Part shown: one piece after another, positions 1 to 11,000 of the stretch
How the letters are laid out: each line of letters starts with the position of its first letter
Numbering within the stretch: position 1 is the first letter of the stretch
Assembly: GCA_036172245.1 (NCBI GenBank)
Contig: JAYWIR010000022.1
Coordinates: forward strand, 2,046,001-2,110,000
Direction of reading: 5' to 3'
From: Raillietiella orientalis
Lineage: Eukaryota
Length of the DNA stretch: 64,000 nucleotides
The notes under the pieces: model-generated
The model's input: only the letters and a program-made list of their open reading frames with translations
Database searches by the model: none
What the model was told of the DNA's origin: nothing
Translations under genes and position numbers: made by a program

Positions 1-723
1 TCTCTATCTCTCCCTTCCCCGATCCCTACCATCGAATCCCGCCCAAGATCATTTTCCGAAGAAGGTAGATCTCGGAAGACCTATCTTCTCCTTAAAGACC
101 ACCACTGCGTCCGCAGCAAACTCCAGGTTTTCACTTCCTCGCCTTCCCTCTTTCTGGATTCCCTTTCTGTTGCTCCTCGTGTCTGCATTAACCCACCAAC
201 TCCATGGTACAGGATGGAAGCATCCCCTCCCCGAGGAGGAGGAGGGGAAGGATGGCTCCATTTGAACAACCGAAGGGAAACCCCCAAAGGAAACCGACTT
301 CTCGATTCTGACTCCCGGAAGGACCTCGGGGACTCAATTTCCAATCCCGGTCGCTCATTGGGGCATCCGGTTCGCTGAATAGCGCGAAAAACGCCCGGGG
401 ACGGACGCTAGGACACGCCCCGCCGAGCGACTGTTGCTTTGGACCGATAGACAACTGACTTTCGTTTCTCCAGGAAGCTCCTCCCCACGCCATCCCCACG
501 GCGCGCCTCGGAAAGGGACCCAAAGGTGCGGTCCTCCGAGATCCCAGTTCCCAAAAAGAGCATAACGAAACGGACAAGCGAATGGCTCATCGCTCGATCT
601 CGCGTCCTCCATCTTCCAATATCCGTTCCTCGTAGCCGGCTACCCGAGGAACGCCGTCGCAACCGCCGCCGCGTTCGACAGCGCCATGGACCTCCTCCCC
701 AAAGAGATGTTCGTGAATTCTAG

Positions 724-897
724 AATTCGGGAACTACGTGAAGCGGTTCGAGTGCTGCGGCAGGAACCCGAGGCGAAAGAGCCCTTACTGCCATGAGATC
801 TACCTCTCCCCGCAGGACCTCATCTACTCCACTAGGGGCATCGACTGCCTGGACATGTACAAGAGCCTTCCAGGACTGCAGCCGAGATGTGCACTCG
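724..897 (+). CDS. Gene A exon (EFGNYVKRFECCG...PYCHEI...CLDMYKSLPGLQPRCALG)
   Basis: ttctag acceptor, gtgagt donor; CC...C..I...D...C pattern homologous to gene B exon 7. Confidence 0.88.
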
Positions 898-3800
898 GTG
901 AGTCGGTTGTCCCTGAGAGTGGCTGGTCCCGGAAGGAAGGGATGGGAAGGAGGAGGGAGGGACACAGATGCGCCCAGCTTCCCCCCCTTCCCGGTTCCGC
1001 CGCCTGGATGGATGCGGTCAGGGAATTCCCGCCCCTCCTCTGCCCTTCCACCTGTCTAACGGGGTAGGCGCGGCGCCTTTGTCAAGCTGGGTCCTTCCCC
1101 ACTTTCCGGATTCCCTCCGTTCCTAACCAACAATCTGTTGCCGTAGGACCGCGGCTGCCGGCAAACTTCGCCAGCTCCTACCTGGACTTGTCGATCGTCT
1201 ACGGCTTCTCGGAAGAGGCAGCCAAGTGAGTACGGCGCGCTTGGTGTACAGTTGGGTTTTGTCGCGTTCGAAGCTGAGCACCGGGGAAACGCATCGGTTT
1301 CAGCAGGCTGGCGACGGCCTGGTGCTCTCTTCGCCCCCTTGGGGATTGCGGTTTTTTCCTTTCGAGAGGAGCAAAAAGGGAGGCGCTGACGGAGGGAGCG
1401 AGACAAGTTTCGAACTCGGGCCTGGGAGGAAGACACAACGCGCGCGGCGAAGGGGTCTGGGGTGGCTGAGGGGAGGAGGAGGGATCGAACGTTCGGTTGC
1501 AAACCCAAGCCACCACCGTCGAACGCAAAAGCGTTTTTCATCTTACTCCGGGCAGAATTATGCGGCTGAGGTGAAACCGTTTATCCGGGTCTCCAGTCCG
1601 CGACGGTGGGACAAAGAGGAAAATCAAGTCGCTGCCCTCTCGGTAGCTTCCAGCTCACCTCAGCAGCCGGCGTCGCTTACTGAGGGACTGTTGCTCCCCT
1701 TCCTTCCTCCCCCACTTCCCTGAGAAAGACTTCAGTCGTGTATCCTCATCCATATAATGGAGGAAAAAAAAAAAAAGAAAGAAAGGGCTCGTCGCAGTTG
1801 CCCTCGCCTCCGCGAAAGAGGTATTCAAAGATAAGCCCTCAGCAAGTCAGGCTTTGTCGATTTCCCAGCCGGTTTTTCCAGCGCCGCTCTTCGCCATCAG
1901 TGCCGCTGGAATCCAATGAAGCGTGTGCGCCGATAAGGCCACGCTGGATCGGAAGAACTCAATAAACGACTCAAACATTGGCAGAAAAGAACGATCACAT
2001 GGCTTCGGTTGGCTTCCGGTCATTCCATCTCGTCCAGGCTTTGTTATCCGCTTTCAAAAAAGGGTCCATCTTGAGAGAACCACGTTGTCTCCTCGTCCGC
2101 ATAAAATCGTGTTTCTATGAAGACAGTCTCAAGATGTGCTGCGAAAAACAGTCTCAAAACTATCCCTGCAGGGAGAGCATTGAGAAAGTCTTCCCACCCT
2201 AACAGCGGAAACGGTTCTTACTCCTTAGGCTGACTCTCAGGAAGCTTTCTCCCATCTTTGCCACCTTGCTGCTCTTACCCACATGTCGGAGGACCATTGC
2301 TTTCGTCTCTTCCCTTCGACGGCTTCCCAAGGTTTCAGGCAACAGATACTCTGCACGGTCACAATGGTTCCACTTGGCAGGCACCAAACTCCTGCGCAAA
2401 AGTACTTTTCTTGACAACTGTGATCACCGCCGTGCATTTTATCTGCAAGATTCTTGCAAATGAGGCCTTCTTCTTTGAAAGAAAGAACTCCCATAGTTCC
2501 GCTTTCTACTTTCTAAGCCCTCTGTAGTTTTCGAATGTGTGCATGCCTCCTGTCAATGCCTATCTAACAAAGCACACTTTCCTCCACCGATTGTAGGGAT
2601 GATTATAGGGACGCACGGTAAGACCCGACATCGGCTGGAATTTTCCATTCCGAGAAGCGAATTGCAAACATGAGCTAAAATTTAGGAACTCATGTACACC
2701 ACGTGTGTACGCTTTTCTCTTCATCAGTACTGAGAAGCAGAAACACGGCAGTAGTGAGGTCGTTCTTGCTCGCTGATCAGACGAACAACTGTTCCTCTCG
2801 CGAAAAAGCTTCATCAGTTTTCCCCGTGCCTCCTCTCCTCAGCTTCTGTTGCAACGTCCTTACAAAGTTCGAACTGTCGCTTCGAATTTTTTTCAATTCC
2901 CTGTTTCGGAGATGGCAGGATGTTTTCATGAATTATGCCCCACCCGTTTCACTGCTTAAGGTCCGTGCGTGAGTTCCACGGAGGAAGACTCAAGATGCTG
3001 GACTTCTTCAGAGAGTATGGTTTGAAACCTCTGCTAGCGCAGCAGGCAGACAACGACAGAAACTGCATCCGACCCCATAGGAACGTGTACTGCTTCTTGG
3101 CAGGTGAGTGGCCATCTGGGCAGGTCGCCTGATCACCAACCTTCTAGGGGATGCAAGAGTAAACCAGAATATTGCTCAAGTCGCGCTGCACACGATTCTC
3201 TTCAGGGAACACAACCGAATAGCCTTTTCCCTAGGAATGATGCACCCACATTGGGATGAGGAAATTTTATTCCAAGTAAGCAAACGTGTTTGCAACCACG
3301 GAATGAACAGCATCCGTGCGGCTGTGTTGAAAGATGCACTTCTAAAGGGTCATTGTATCCCTAATTGGTCTTGAGATTAAGATTGATCAAACGAAGACTC
3401 TTGCTCGCAGACTTAACGTCTGCGTATGTACGCTGCCTTTCGGCGTAGATGTTACTAGCGTTCAGAAATGGCTATCATGCACTAAATTTCCGAGAGCTGA
3501 CGCCTTGTGCTGATCGTAGGCCGTGCACATCCTTCTATCTGTCTAAAAGTTGTCATAAATGCGTGTCAATGTTCAAAGCCTGACCGTCCAAATGGCACCA
3601 GCGTATTAGCTCCCTACTCCTCTGTATCCCTCTGCTTCCCCCCATATGAAAGCCCAGATGTACAGAGTAAAAGGTTTCCAAAACTGCTAGGAAACTCGGA
3701 AGATTATGATTGCGCAGTGGCAGCACATAGTGTACAACGAATTCCTACCACTCCTCCTGAACAAGGAAGTGAGAACCCAGTACGGACTAAATCTCGTCGA

Positions 3801-5065
3801 GGAGGTACGGAAAAACGGTACGGACTCTCAAACAATTAATGGGGATTTCCATCTTCAGCATTACTGGAACGGATACAGAGTCACAGAGCCCATGGGCGTG
3901 TGGGTGGAATTTGCCCACTCAGCATTCCGAATGCACAGCAAGGTGCCGAAAATGTTCCAGAGATGGAACAAACACCGCGTCTTCATAGGTCAGCCTCTTC
4001 TCAACGCGTGTTCTTCATCTTATCAATTATCTTGCTTTTTAGCTTCGCATCTACTGGAAGATTTACTCTTCAAACCTTTCAGCTTGTACGAAGCTGGTGC
4101 TTTAGACCAGTATAGCATTGGAATGTCCTTGACGCCTGCTTACGCTTCTGATGAGTTCCTAAACAACCAGCTGCATCATCATCTCTTCCAAGATTACGAA
4201 ACAGACCTTGGATTCGACCTGGTATCATTCAACATACAGAGAGGCAGAGAGATAGGACTGCGTGGGTTCATGGATTACAGGTTTCCCCGTTCTTGAAGCA
4301 AACAGGGCTCGGGAGCAACTCTGAATTTTAGGAAGTTCTGCAACCTGTGGTATTCCTACGATTGGTTTGAAGTGGCGAAATCCGGAATTTTCAGGAACGA
4401 GACGTTGAGCAAACTGTATCGGCTGTACAAGTGGGTGCCGTTTTCCCGTTCCGGGTTCCGGAAGCTTCGTTTTTTGCTTCGTAGGAGAGTGGAGGACATA
4501 GAATTCTGGACAGGAGGAATTTCGGAAATAGCCAGTCCGAATTCGGCTGTTGGTCCAACGTTCGCGTGCATTATTGGGCATCAGTTTAGCACCTTCCGGA
4601 GAAGCGATAGACACTGGTACGAACTTCCTTGGGAATTCACCCTTGGTAAGTTGGAAAAAAATTGACAAGTGAACTCTTTCTCCCTCTCTAAATTGTCTTC
4701 TTCTCTAATGTTCACACGGAAATGGAACATGCCTTGTAATTCGGCTTTCCACTCTCAGTAACATGAATCACTCTAGAAAGGCTTCCTTCGGAGCAGTCAT
4801 TTTGTTTTTTGAGTTTTTTTTTTTTTTTTCACTATCATCTTCAAATAAACACTGCCGTTTCCTTTTTTAAGATTAACTTCTTCAAAGGAAGGAACGCGAG
4901 TTATTCTCCTGTCATGACCTGAATCAACTGAGAGAGATGCCGATTCTGAGATTTCAGAAAACGCAAACTTAAGAAATCCTCGAATGTTTTCAAATTCCAG
5001 TTCATTCCTAAAGAAACGAGACTATATCACACACATGTACATACACCTTACGTATAGTACGTATG

Positions 5066-5115
<50 letters not shown>

Positions 5116-7849
5116 CACCACTTGCATAGGCGCCACCTGGAGACCTCGAATCTCTTTAAGGGTATTTCCCCCCCCCCCCTTTTGATTATTGTAGACAGTT
5201 ATTTCCCTTTTTCAAATGTGATCCGGTTCCTGTAAGGAATGATGTGGCCGATATCAGCATGTGGTTTCCCTGAAGCAAAATAACCATTCTCGAACTCGAA
5301 TTATGAGAAACGACGATGTTCCCTTTGACTGTACTCTGAATTGAGCCTTTTCTCTGTAAAAGTGTTCCAGCTTTCTGTTTCTATCGATACAGTGGCTGTC
5401 ATTATGTTCTATAGATGGACATATTTCGTGTTTGAGCAAGTGCAAGCTTATAAAAAAATTATCTATTTAATTCTCGTCCTCACTCGAGTGTTTTCTTGAA
5501 CTGAATGTTCTGATTTGATTTTGAAATTCTGAAATGAACTTCGAAAATGCCCAAAGGGTAGGTAGGGTCTTGCAGTCCCTGAGGGTCGGATAATAGAACC
5601 CTGCAAAACTCATTATTCCGATTTCGACTTTAGATTTCCTACTTGTTTTTTCCAAGATGCCAATTTCCCATGGCAAATTTTCGAAAACTACAGTGCATGA
5701 AAATCGCATTCATTCTGTATCCGTTTTCGTTGCTAAAGAAGGATAAATCGGGATACTCAGTCTGCAGGGTCCTTCCATTGCCGTCAGCAGGGTTGTTTCC
5801 TTCTCATTCCCGAGCCTGTGAGTCCAAAAATAATCTCAAACTGAACATCTAATAGACTGCCCGGCGGGCTTCGGTTTTCTATGAATATAGAACGGTGATC
5901 AACTTGGAGAGTTTGGGGAATCTTTGGAGCTTTTGTGAGAGGATTTCGATTCTAATTCTCTCGACCGACTGCCCGCAATCAGACGTCTGGAAAGTGTCTG
6001 AGTGTATTCCTTGCCTTTAGCATTGCCACGAATCGTTTTCCGTAACACTTCCTCCTTCATTCCTGTGCGGTTCAACTGACCTCTGCAGAAATACTGACAA
6101 GAAATGAGATGTATGAGAGATGTTGGCGATACAACATTTCTCGTACACCATCTTTTCCAAACTATCACTTGGTGATCCACAACCCACATCCAGAGGTGCA
6201 CATTACAGTTCTGTTCCCTGGTGTGCCTGTTTTCCTTTATTCATGCCCATTTCCCCTGTCTACAATCCAGAAATTTTCCAATTGCCACCGTGAGAATCGC
6301 CTGAGCATGAGCTTTGGAATAATTGAGGTTGCTTCCAAAGTTTTTCTGGGAAATCCTAATCCGAGTGCCTTGGAAACCCTCCATAAATTACTGAAGCACG
6401 CAGCGGATAAAAAGAAAAGTCTGTTGTCAACACCTGAACCCACAGAATGCAGAAAATTCATCTAGGAATTCAAAAACAAACCATACACACACACATACAT
6501 ACCTGGTACCCACCTTGTATGGGCACCACGCAGAGATCCCGAATCTCTTCAAGGACCTTTTCTTCTTTTTCATCTGATTATTTAGACAGTTCTTTGCTTT
6601 TTTTTTTTCCAAGTGTGGCTCGGTTTCCGTAAAGTGTCCGACAAATCGCACCTCCTTCATTCCCCTGTCTATCCCGTGCCTTCCTGCTTACCCATCCTAG
6701 TCGCCGACACTCCAGTTTCCACAGCACGTTAATTCGAAAGGGTGCTTTGCTAGTGGCCGCAGAAGCAGAAAGAAAGCCTCGGAAGCTGGGCGTGAGAAAA
6801 TCTCCTACAGACAACAAGCAGTTGGTCGCCTGTTGCAACGCATTACTCGAAAAGCGCAGTTGTACGGCAGAAGTATCCAAGAGCGCGTGAGAGGTCAGAC
6901 GCAATCAGCGGAAAGCTGAGGGTGTTGAGAAAATATATCCGTGCTTTCCTGAACATGCGCTGGGGGCTACTGAGCCAGCAGTCGCTCCGACCCCCCTCGA
7001 GCACCTAACGTGTTTTGTTTGGAACACGTGGTTGCTCCGTGGCAGCTCGCCCTCCATCTACCGAAATCCGATGGACTGCGTGAGTTGCGGACGCGGTTTC
7101 ACGCGTTCCAGCCTTCTGCCTTCTGAGAAACCCATTTTCTCTATAAAGCCTTGGGGATCTTCGAAAACAGCCTCCCTGTTTCCGCGTGCGAGACAGGGAA
7201 GCCGATGGTTTCTGAGATGCCTTCGTGTGTAAAGAGTGGGCGGTGATGGATCGTGCAAGCTAAACGTAAAGAGGAAATGGATTCCGGATTCGCTTTTCGT
7301 CTTCCTTTTTCACTCTGGATCAGAGATGAGTTTCCTCGAGGAGAGAGACTTCCTACCTCCTGGCATCTTTTGACATAGCACTGATCAACCTGCGATTTCG
7401 AGTCTCGAAAGCAGCGGTCTTTCATGCACAGAAAACCGGGCGCCTTAATGTTCCTCTTCATGTTCCGCTGCGCCGACAGAAGGGTTCCGAGACATCTACC
7501 GGTCCCAACAGATCTCGGTTCCGGGGTGGACGGGGCTACCGTCACCAGCCACTGAAAAAAACGGATCTCAGTCCATGATCCTCATTTATTTTTATTTTTT
7601 TTTTCTTGTCCAATTTCAGCTCAACTCAATGAACTGAGGAAAGTGACTCTGGCGCGATGGCTGTGCGACAACCTGGACGACATAGAAACCACTGAAGTGT
7701 GGAGCATGCTGTTGCCCAACTACGAACTGTAACTATCTGCTCGGTAATCTGCAGGAAATCTCTCACGAATCTTTGTATCTTTTAGAAACCCGCAAATCTC
7801 TTGCCGCACGAATGAAATTCCAGAGATGGACCTTTCGGTGTTCTTCTAA
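724..7849 (+). CDS. Gene A: animal heme peroxidase (Cysu/chorion-peroxidase-like), 5'-partial; 11 coding exons in the window
   Basis: Exons 724-897, 1147-1225, 2961-3103, 3148-3275, 3691-3804, 3859-3988, 4043-4280, 4332-4430, 4485-4645, 7620-7728, 7786-7849, all GT-AG and phase-compatible (about 478 codons to TAA 7847-7849). Motifs: [50 protein letters not shown] (proximal His), DLVSFNIQRGRE, GPTFACIIG, LARWLCDN. The exon carrying the distal-His motif must lie upstream of position 1. Confidence 0.93.
1147..1225 (+). CDS. Gene A exon (GPRLPANFASSYLDLSIVYGFSEEAA)
   Basis: ccgtag acceptor, gtgagt donor; 79 nt, same size as gene B exon 8; Ca-binding loop region. Confidence 0.9.
2961..3103 (+). 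CDS. Gene A exon (SVREFHGGRLKM...CIRPHRNVYCFLAG)
   Basis: cttaag acceptor, gtgagt donor; homologous to gene B exon 9. Confidence 0.9.
3148..3275 (+). CDS. Gene A exon ([26 protein letters not shown]...HWDEEILFQ)
   Basis: Follows a 44-nt intron; distal Arg motif; 128 nt, same size as gene B exon 10. Confidence 0.95.
3691..3804 (+). CDS. Gene A exon (ETRKIMIAQWQHIVYNEFLPLLL...)
   Basis: tgctag acceptor, gtacgg donor; 114 nt, same size as gene B exon 11. Confidence 0.93.
3859..3988 (+). CDS. Gene A exon (HYWNGY...EFAHSAFRMHSKVP...RWNKHRVFI)
   Basis: cttcag acceptor, gtcagc donor; proximal-His helix; 130 nt versus 133 nt in gene B. Confidence 0.92.
4043..4280 (+). CDS. Gene A exon (ASHLLEDLLFKP...DLVSFNIQRGREIGLRGFMDYR)
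   Basis: ttttag acceptor, gtttcc donor; 238 nt equals gene B exons 13+14 (128+110). Confidence 0.92.
4332..4430 (+). CDS. Gene A exon (KFCNLWYSYDWFEVAKSGIFRNETLSKLYRLY)
   Basis: ttttag acceptor, gtgggt donor; 99 nt, same size as gene B exon 15. Confidence 0.9.
4485..4645 (+). CDS. Gene A exon (VEDIEFWTGGISE...GPTFACIIGHQF...DRHWYELP)
   Basis: tcgtag acceptor, gtaagt donor; homologous to gene B exon 16. Confidence 0.93.
5069..5113. repeat. (AC)n microsatellite
   Basis: Perfect AC dinucleotide run of about 22 units in a gene A intron. Confidence 0.97.
5100..6632 (+). repeat. Two diverged direct copies of an unclassified repeat (about 5100-5235 and 6484-6632) in the long intron of gene A
   Basis: Shared blocks: cacacac..caccacttgcataggcgccac versus cccaccttgtatgggcaccac; cgaatctctt(t/c)aagg; tgattatt(g)tagacagtt; aatgtgatccggttcctgtaa versus aagtgtggctcggtttccgtaa. 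Confidence 0.65.
7620..7728 (+). CDS. Gene A exon (QLNELRKVTLARWLCDNLDDIETTEVWSMLLPNYE)
   Basis: Polypyrimidine tract plus tttcag acceptor, gtaact donor; 109 nt, same size as gene B exon 17. Confidence 0.92.
7786..7849 (+). CDS. Gene A terminal exon (NPQISCRTNEIPEMDLSVFF*)
   Basis: ttttag acceptor; NPxxxC...IPxMDL terminal peroxidase motif; TAA stop. Confidence 0.9.
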
Positions 7850-7995
7850 GAGAAAGTATTTATGGAAACTTTTCCCACAGCCAAATCAATCCACCCATAT
7901 TGTTAACTCACGTGGTTTCTTATTCATTGGAAAGTCTTCATGCACGGTGAAGCCTCGGTGGTTTTCTTGAATCATAAATGGACGGAATGATACTT

Positions 7996-8001
7996 AATAA
8001 A
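7996..8001 (+). promoter_or_regulatory. Candidate polyadenylation signal of gene A
   Basis: AATAAA about 150 nt after the stop codon, followed by a T-rich stretch. Confidence 0.5.
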
Positions 8002-11000
8002 TACTTCCGTCTTCATCTTCCTTGTTCTTTCTGAATGCATGAAAGGGTACCCGCACCTTTCCGAAGCAAAGGAACTGTGAATGGAGACCAGCCACTTTTT
8101 GGTAAGATGCACCCCGTCTGCCTGGGGAAGGGGAAAATTGCGAGTTCGTGCGCTCTGTGAAGACCGCATCTAGGGAAGCCAAGCCTGTGCTCCTTTGGAT
8201 GCGCAGCTGAGGTTCCCATGACCACGAGCAACCAACCCACCTCAGAAAACTACTTATCAGGGTCCGGGTTCCATGGCAAAAGGCACGGCTCCTCTTCGTT
8301 CATACTTTTCAGGATGCTGACCCATGAACATTAGAAGAAACTCGCCGTGTTTATGCTTATCTGCATGGAGGCTGGGTAATCACTCCCCAAACTGGTTTTT
8401 TGTTGGCACCGTTCCTCCGGCAGGAAGGAAACTTCTGCTGCCATTCGTTGCTGCCAGTTAGAGACGATGGGAGGGGGATCGAAGCCAGGAGGAAGGAAGG
8501 AGGCTAACTGAAGTATTCAAAGCCTTGCCAATGATTTTGAAAAGAGGAAAAGAGATGATGCAAATCCCTCGCTTCCTTAGTTTTAGGTTCGGCCCCGAGT
8601 TTTTCTTGCAAACCTCTCTCTTCATAAGAAACAAATGGAGGCGGTTCATTCGAAAGCAAATTCGGTGACGGTCACTCTCCAAGCGTGAACGTGAGGGAGG
8701 GGCTGCCTTCGTCAATGAGGAGGCCGAATCTTCCGAGAAACAGGGCACACTCTATTTGGATGAGCCTCTTGAGAGGTCAATAGAAACCACGCCGGTTCAG
8801 AGGAAGGGAATAGGAAAATAGAGATACAAAAGAAAAATTGGCCCGATAGTCCGCCCTCGAGCCAACGAGAGAGCGAACCAGGCCACCTCAGACGAAAAGC
8901 AGAGAGCATTCCGATAGAATTCTTATGTCTTTGTATGTCATCGCGTCCTACCTGACGGAGGAGTGATAGTTTGACCTCTTCTACACACAGGAAGCTGGTA
9001 GTCACGGGAAAGAGGGAATCTCGGTTTAGTTATGGTCTTTTTCCATGGTCTCTTTCTTTCCGGTGCCTTCCTGTGACTAGTTCTTCCTTTCTCGAGGAAC
9101 GCGAAACTTTCGGCTCTCGTCCTTAACGCTCTGGACGTTCATCTAGAAACTTCCGGAAAAAGCTCCTACAGAGAAAAACAGAAAACTTCTTTCCCTGTTT
9201 CATCTTCATCTTCGGGGAAAGAGGTTCATCGGTCGAAATGTGAATTTTTCGCTGCCATCTTAGAAGGAGAGATTTTCTTCGAGCAGTCTGGCGCTGTCGG
9301 CCTTCGAAAGGTCGGATCGTTTGAGAAGAGTCGCTTCCAGAGTGTGTAGAATCCCAAGGACCTCTCACACCTTCCTCTGGAGACATCCCGAGCACCCATT
9401 AGAACGTAGCGACGGATAGCTATGTTGCCTTGACTTCGAAAGCTTCAAGAGACAATGTTTTCGTAGCTGTGAGCGAAGTGTCTTCATCGTCTTAACGAGC
9501 AGTCTACCCGAAGAAGAAAGACGCTCATGCTTCAGATGTGCGGAGCTTCAACAGTGGACTTGAGAAGGCAAATCTTTCTGCCAAAGCTTCCTGGAGGCGC
9601 CTTTTGGAAAGAATGATGACTCTTAAAGATCGCCGTGAGATTTAGTGACATCTTGCGCACATCTCCTTCACCTTCAAAGGGTACTGTAAGAAGAGCATTC
9701 GAGATCTGCAGGCTCGTCGTCTCCAGCTGCCTTCTTCACCAGGAAACTCCGACTGCCGAAAAAGCTGCCGTACGTGTGGAGTTTTAGGATCAGAGAAGAG
9801 CGAAAAACCTCAGATGTCCTCAATCGTGCAAGGAAACCTACCCAAGGATGACATTCATCCGTTCGGAGACCGCCACCATTCAGGGAAGGAACGTGCCGAT
9901 TTCGTTTGAACTCCGCTTAAGCAATGGAACGGCACTTCCGGCTAGCAGAGTATCACAAGTGTTACTGGGCACCAGACACATATCCATGGACCTCATCCAG
10001 GCGCACTCGGAAATTTGGGGTGCATCTTCTTCACACATTTTATTAACACACATCGTTCCCATCCGGAATTTGGTACGTTTGAGAATCCTCTACTACATAT
10101 GGTATGTCCGGTGCTGTCCAAGACATGGGAACAGGAGGTGATTGGAGAAAAAAACGTCTGGATTTTTTCCCCATTCTTCCTAATTGCCAGGTCGACTCAG
10201 AATGCGGAAGTAGACGTATTTTCCGGCATACTCAGTGATCCTTTGCATGTTTCCTTGACGTTCACCCGTTGCACCTATTCAGCCTACGAGAGTCTTGTGC
10301 AGCAGTGATTCATGAGCATTAAGAATGCGAAAGTACTTTCTTCCTTGGATCCTCCATCGTTTTATCACAGTTCCATTCCATTAGACGGTAATGTAATATA
10401 AAATCATTTGATTTATTTTGCTGCTCCTGAGTTTTTAGCCAAACTTCATCCTCTACTTGAGCAGAAATCCTCAGATAGGAAGTTCATCTCCAAGTTTCCA
10501 GGTATCCTTGCTGAGATCAGTAAATGGCACTGCGTAACAAATGTACGTAAAAGTACACGTTTTCAAAGGCTTCCAATCTTCACCCGAGAGATCTGTTCTA
10601 GGGAGTTCTTCAGCCACCATGCTAATGGCTGAAGAATTCCCTCGCACAGACCTTTGGTAGAAGACTTCAGATTTCCTCAGAGAAGCGGCGCTGTTCAACT
10701 CTGGGAGAGGGTCAGCAGAAAAGACCTCCATGCAGCAGGTGGATATGCATGAGGCCGAATTCTGAAACTGCCAAGCAATTTCAGAATTTGAGGGATCTGG
10801 AACGGATAAAGTCCCTTCCCCCAAGCAGCTAATCTCAGGCACGAGAGCAACGACCTCACGCAGACTTCATTGTGTTGCTCCACCCAAACTGCTACCGAAT
10901 GATTCTCTGGTCCTTTTCTAATTAAGAGAAATGGAAGAAATCAGTGCACGCTTGGAATGTGTACTAGGATCTGAAGAACTGATGAGGGCATCTCAGCTTC

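Noticed and set aside
4228..4280. QRGREIG (gene A) and QRNRDFG (gene B) instead of the textbook QRGRDHG as signs of inactivation
   Set aside because: As I recall, Cysu-type peroxidases carry QRGREFG and other insect peroxidases carry QRNRD, so these variants are within normal family variation.
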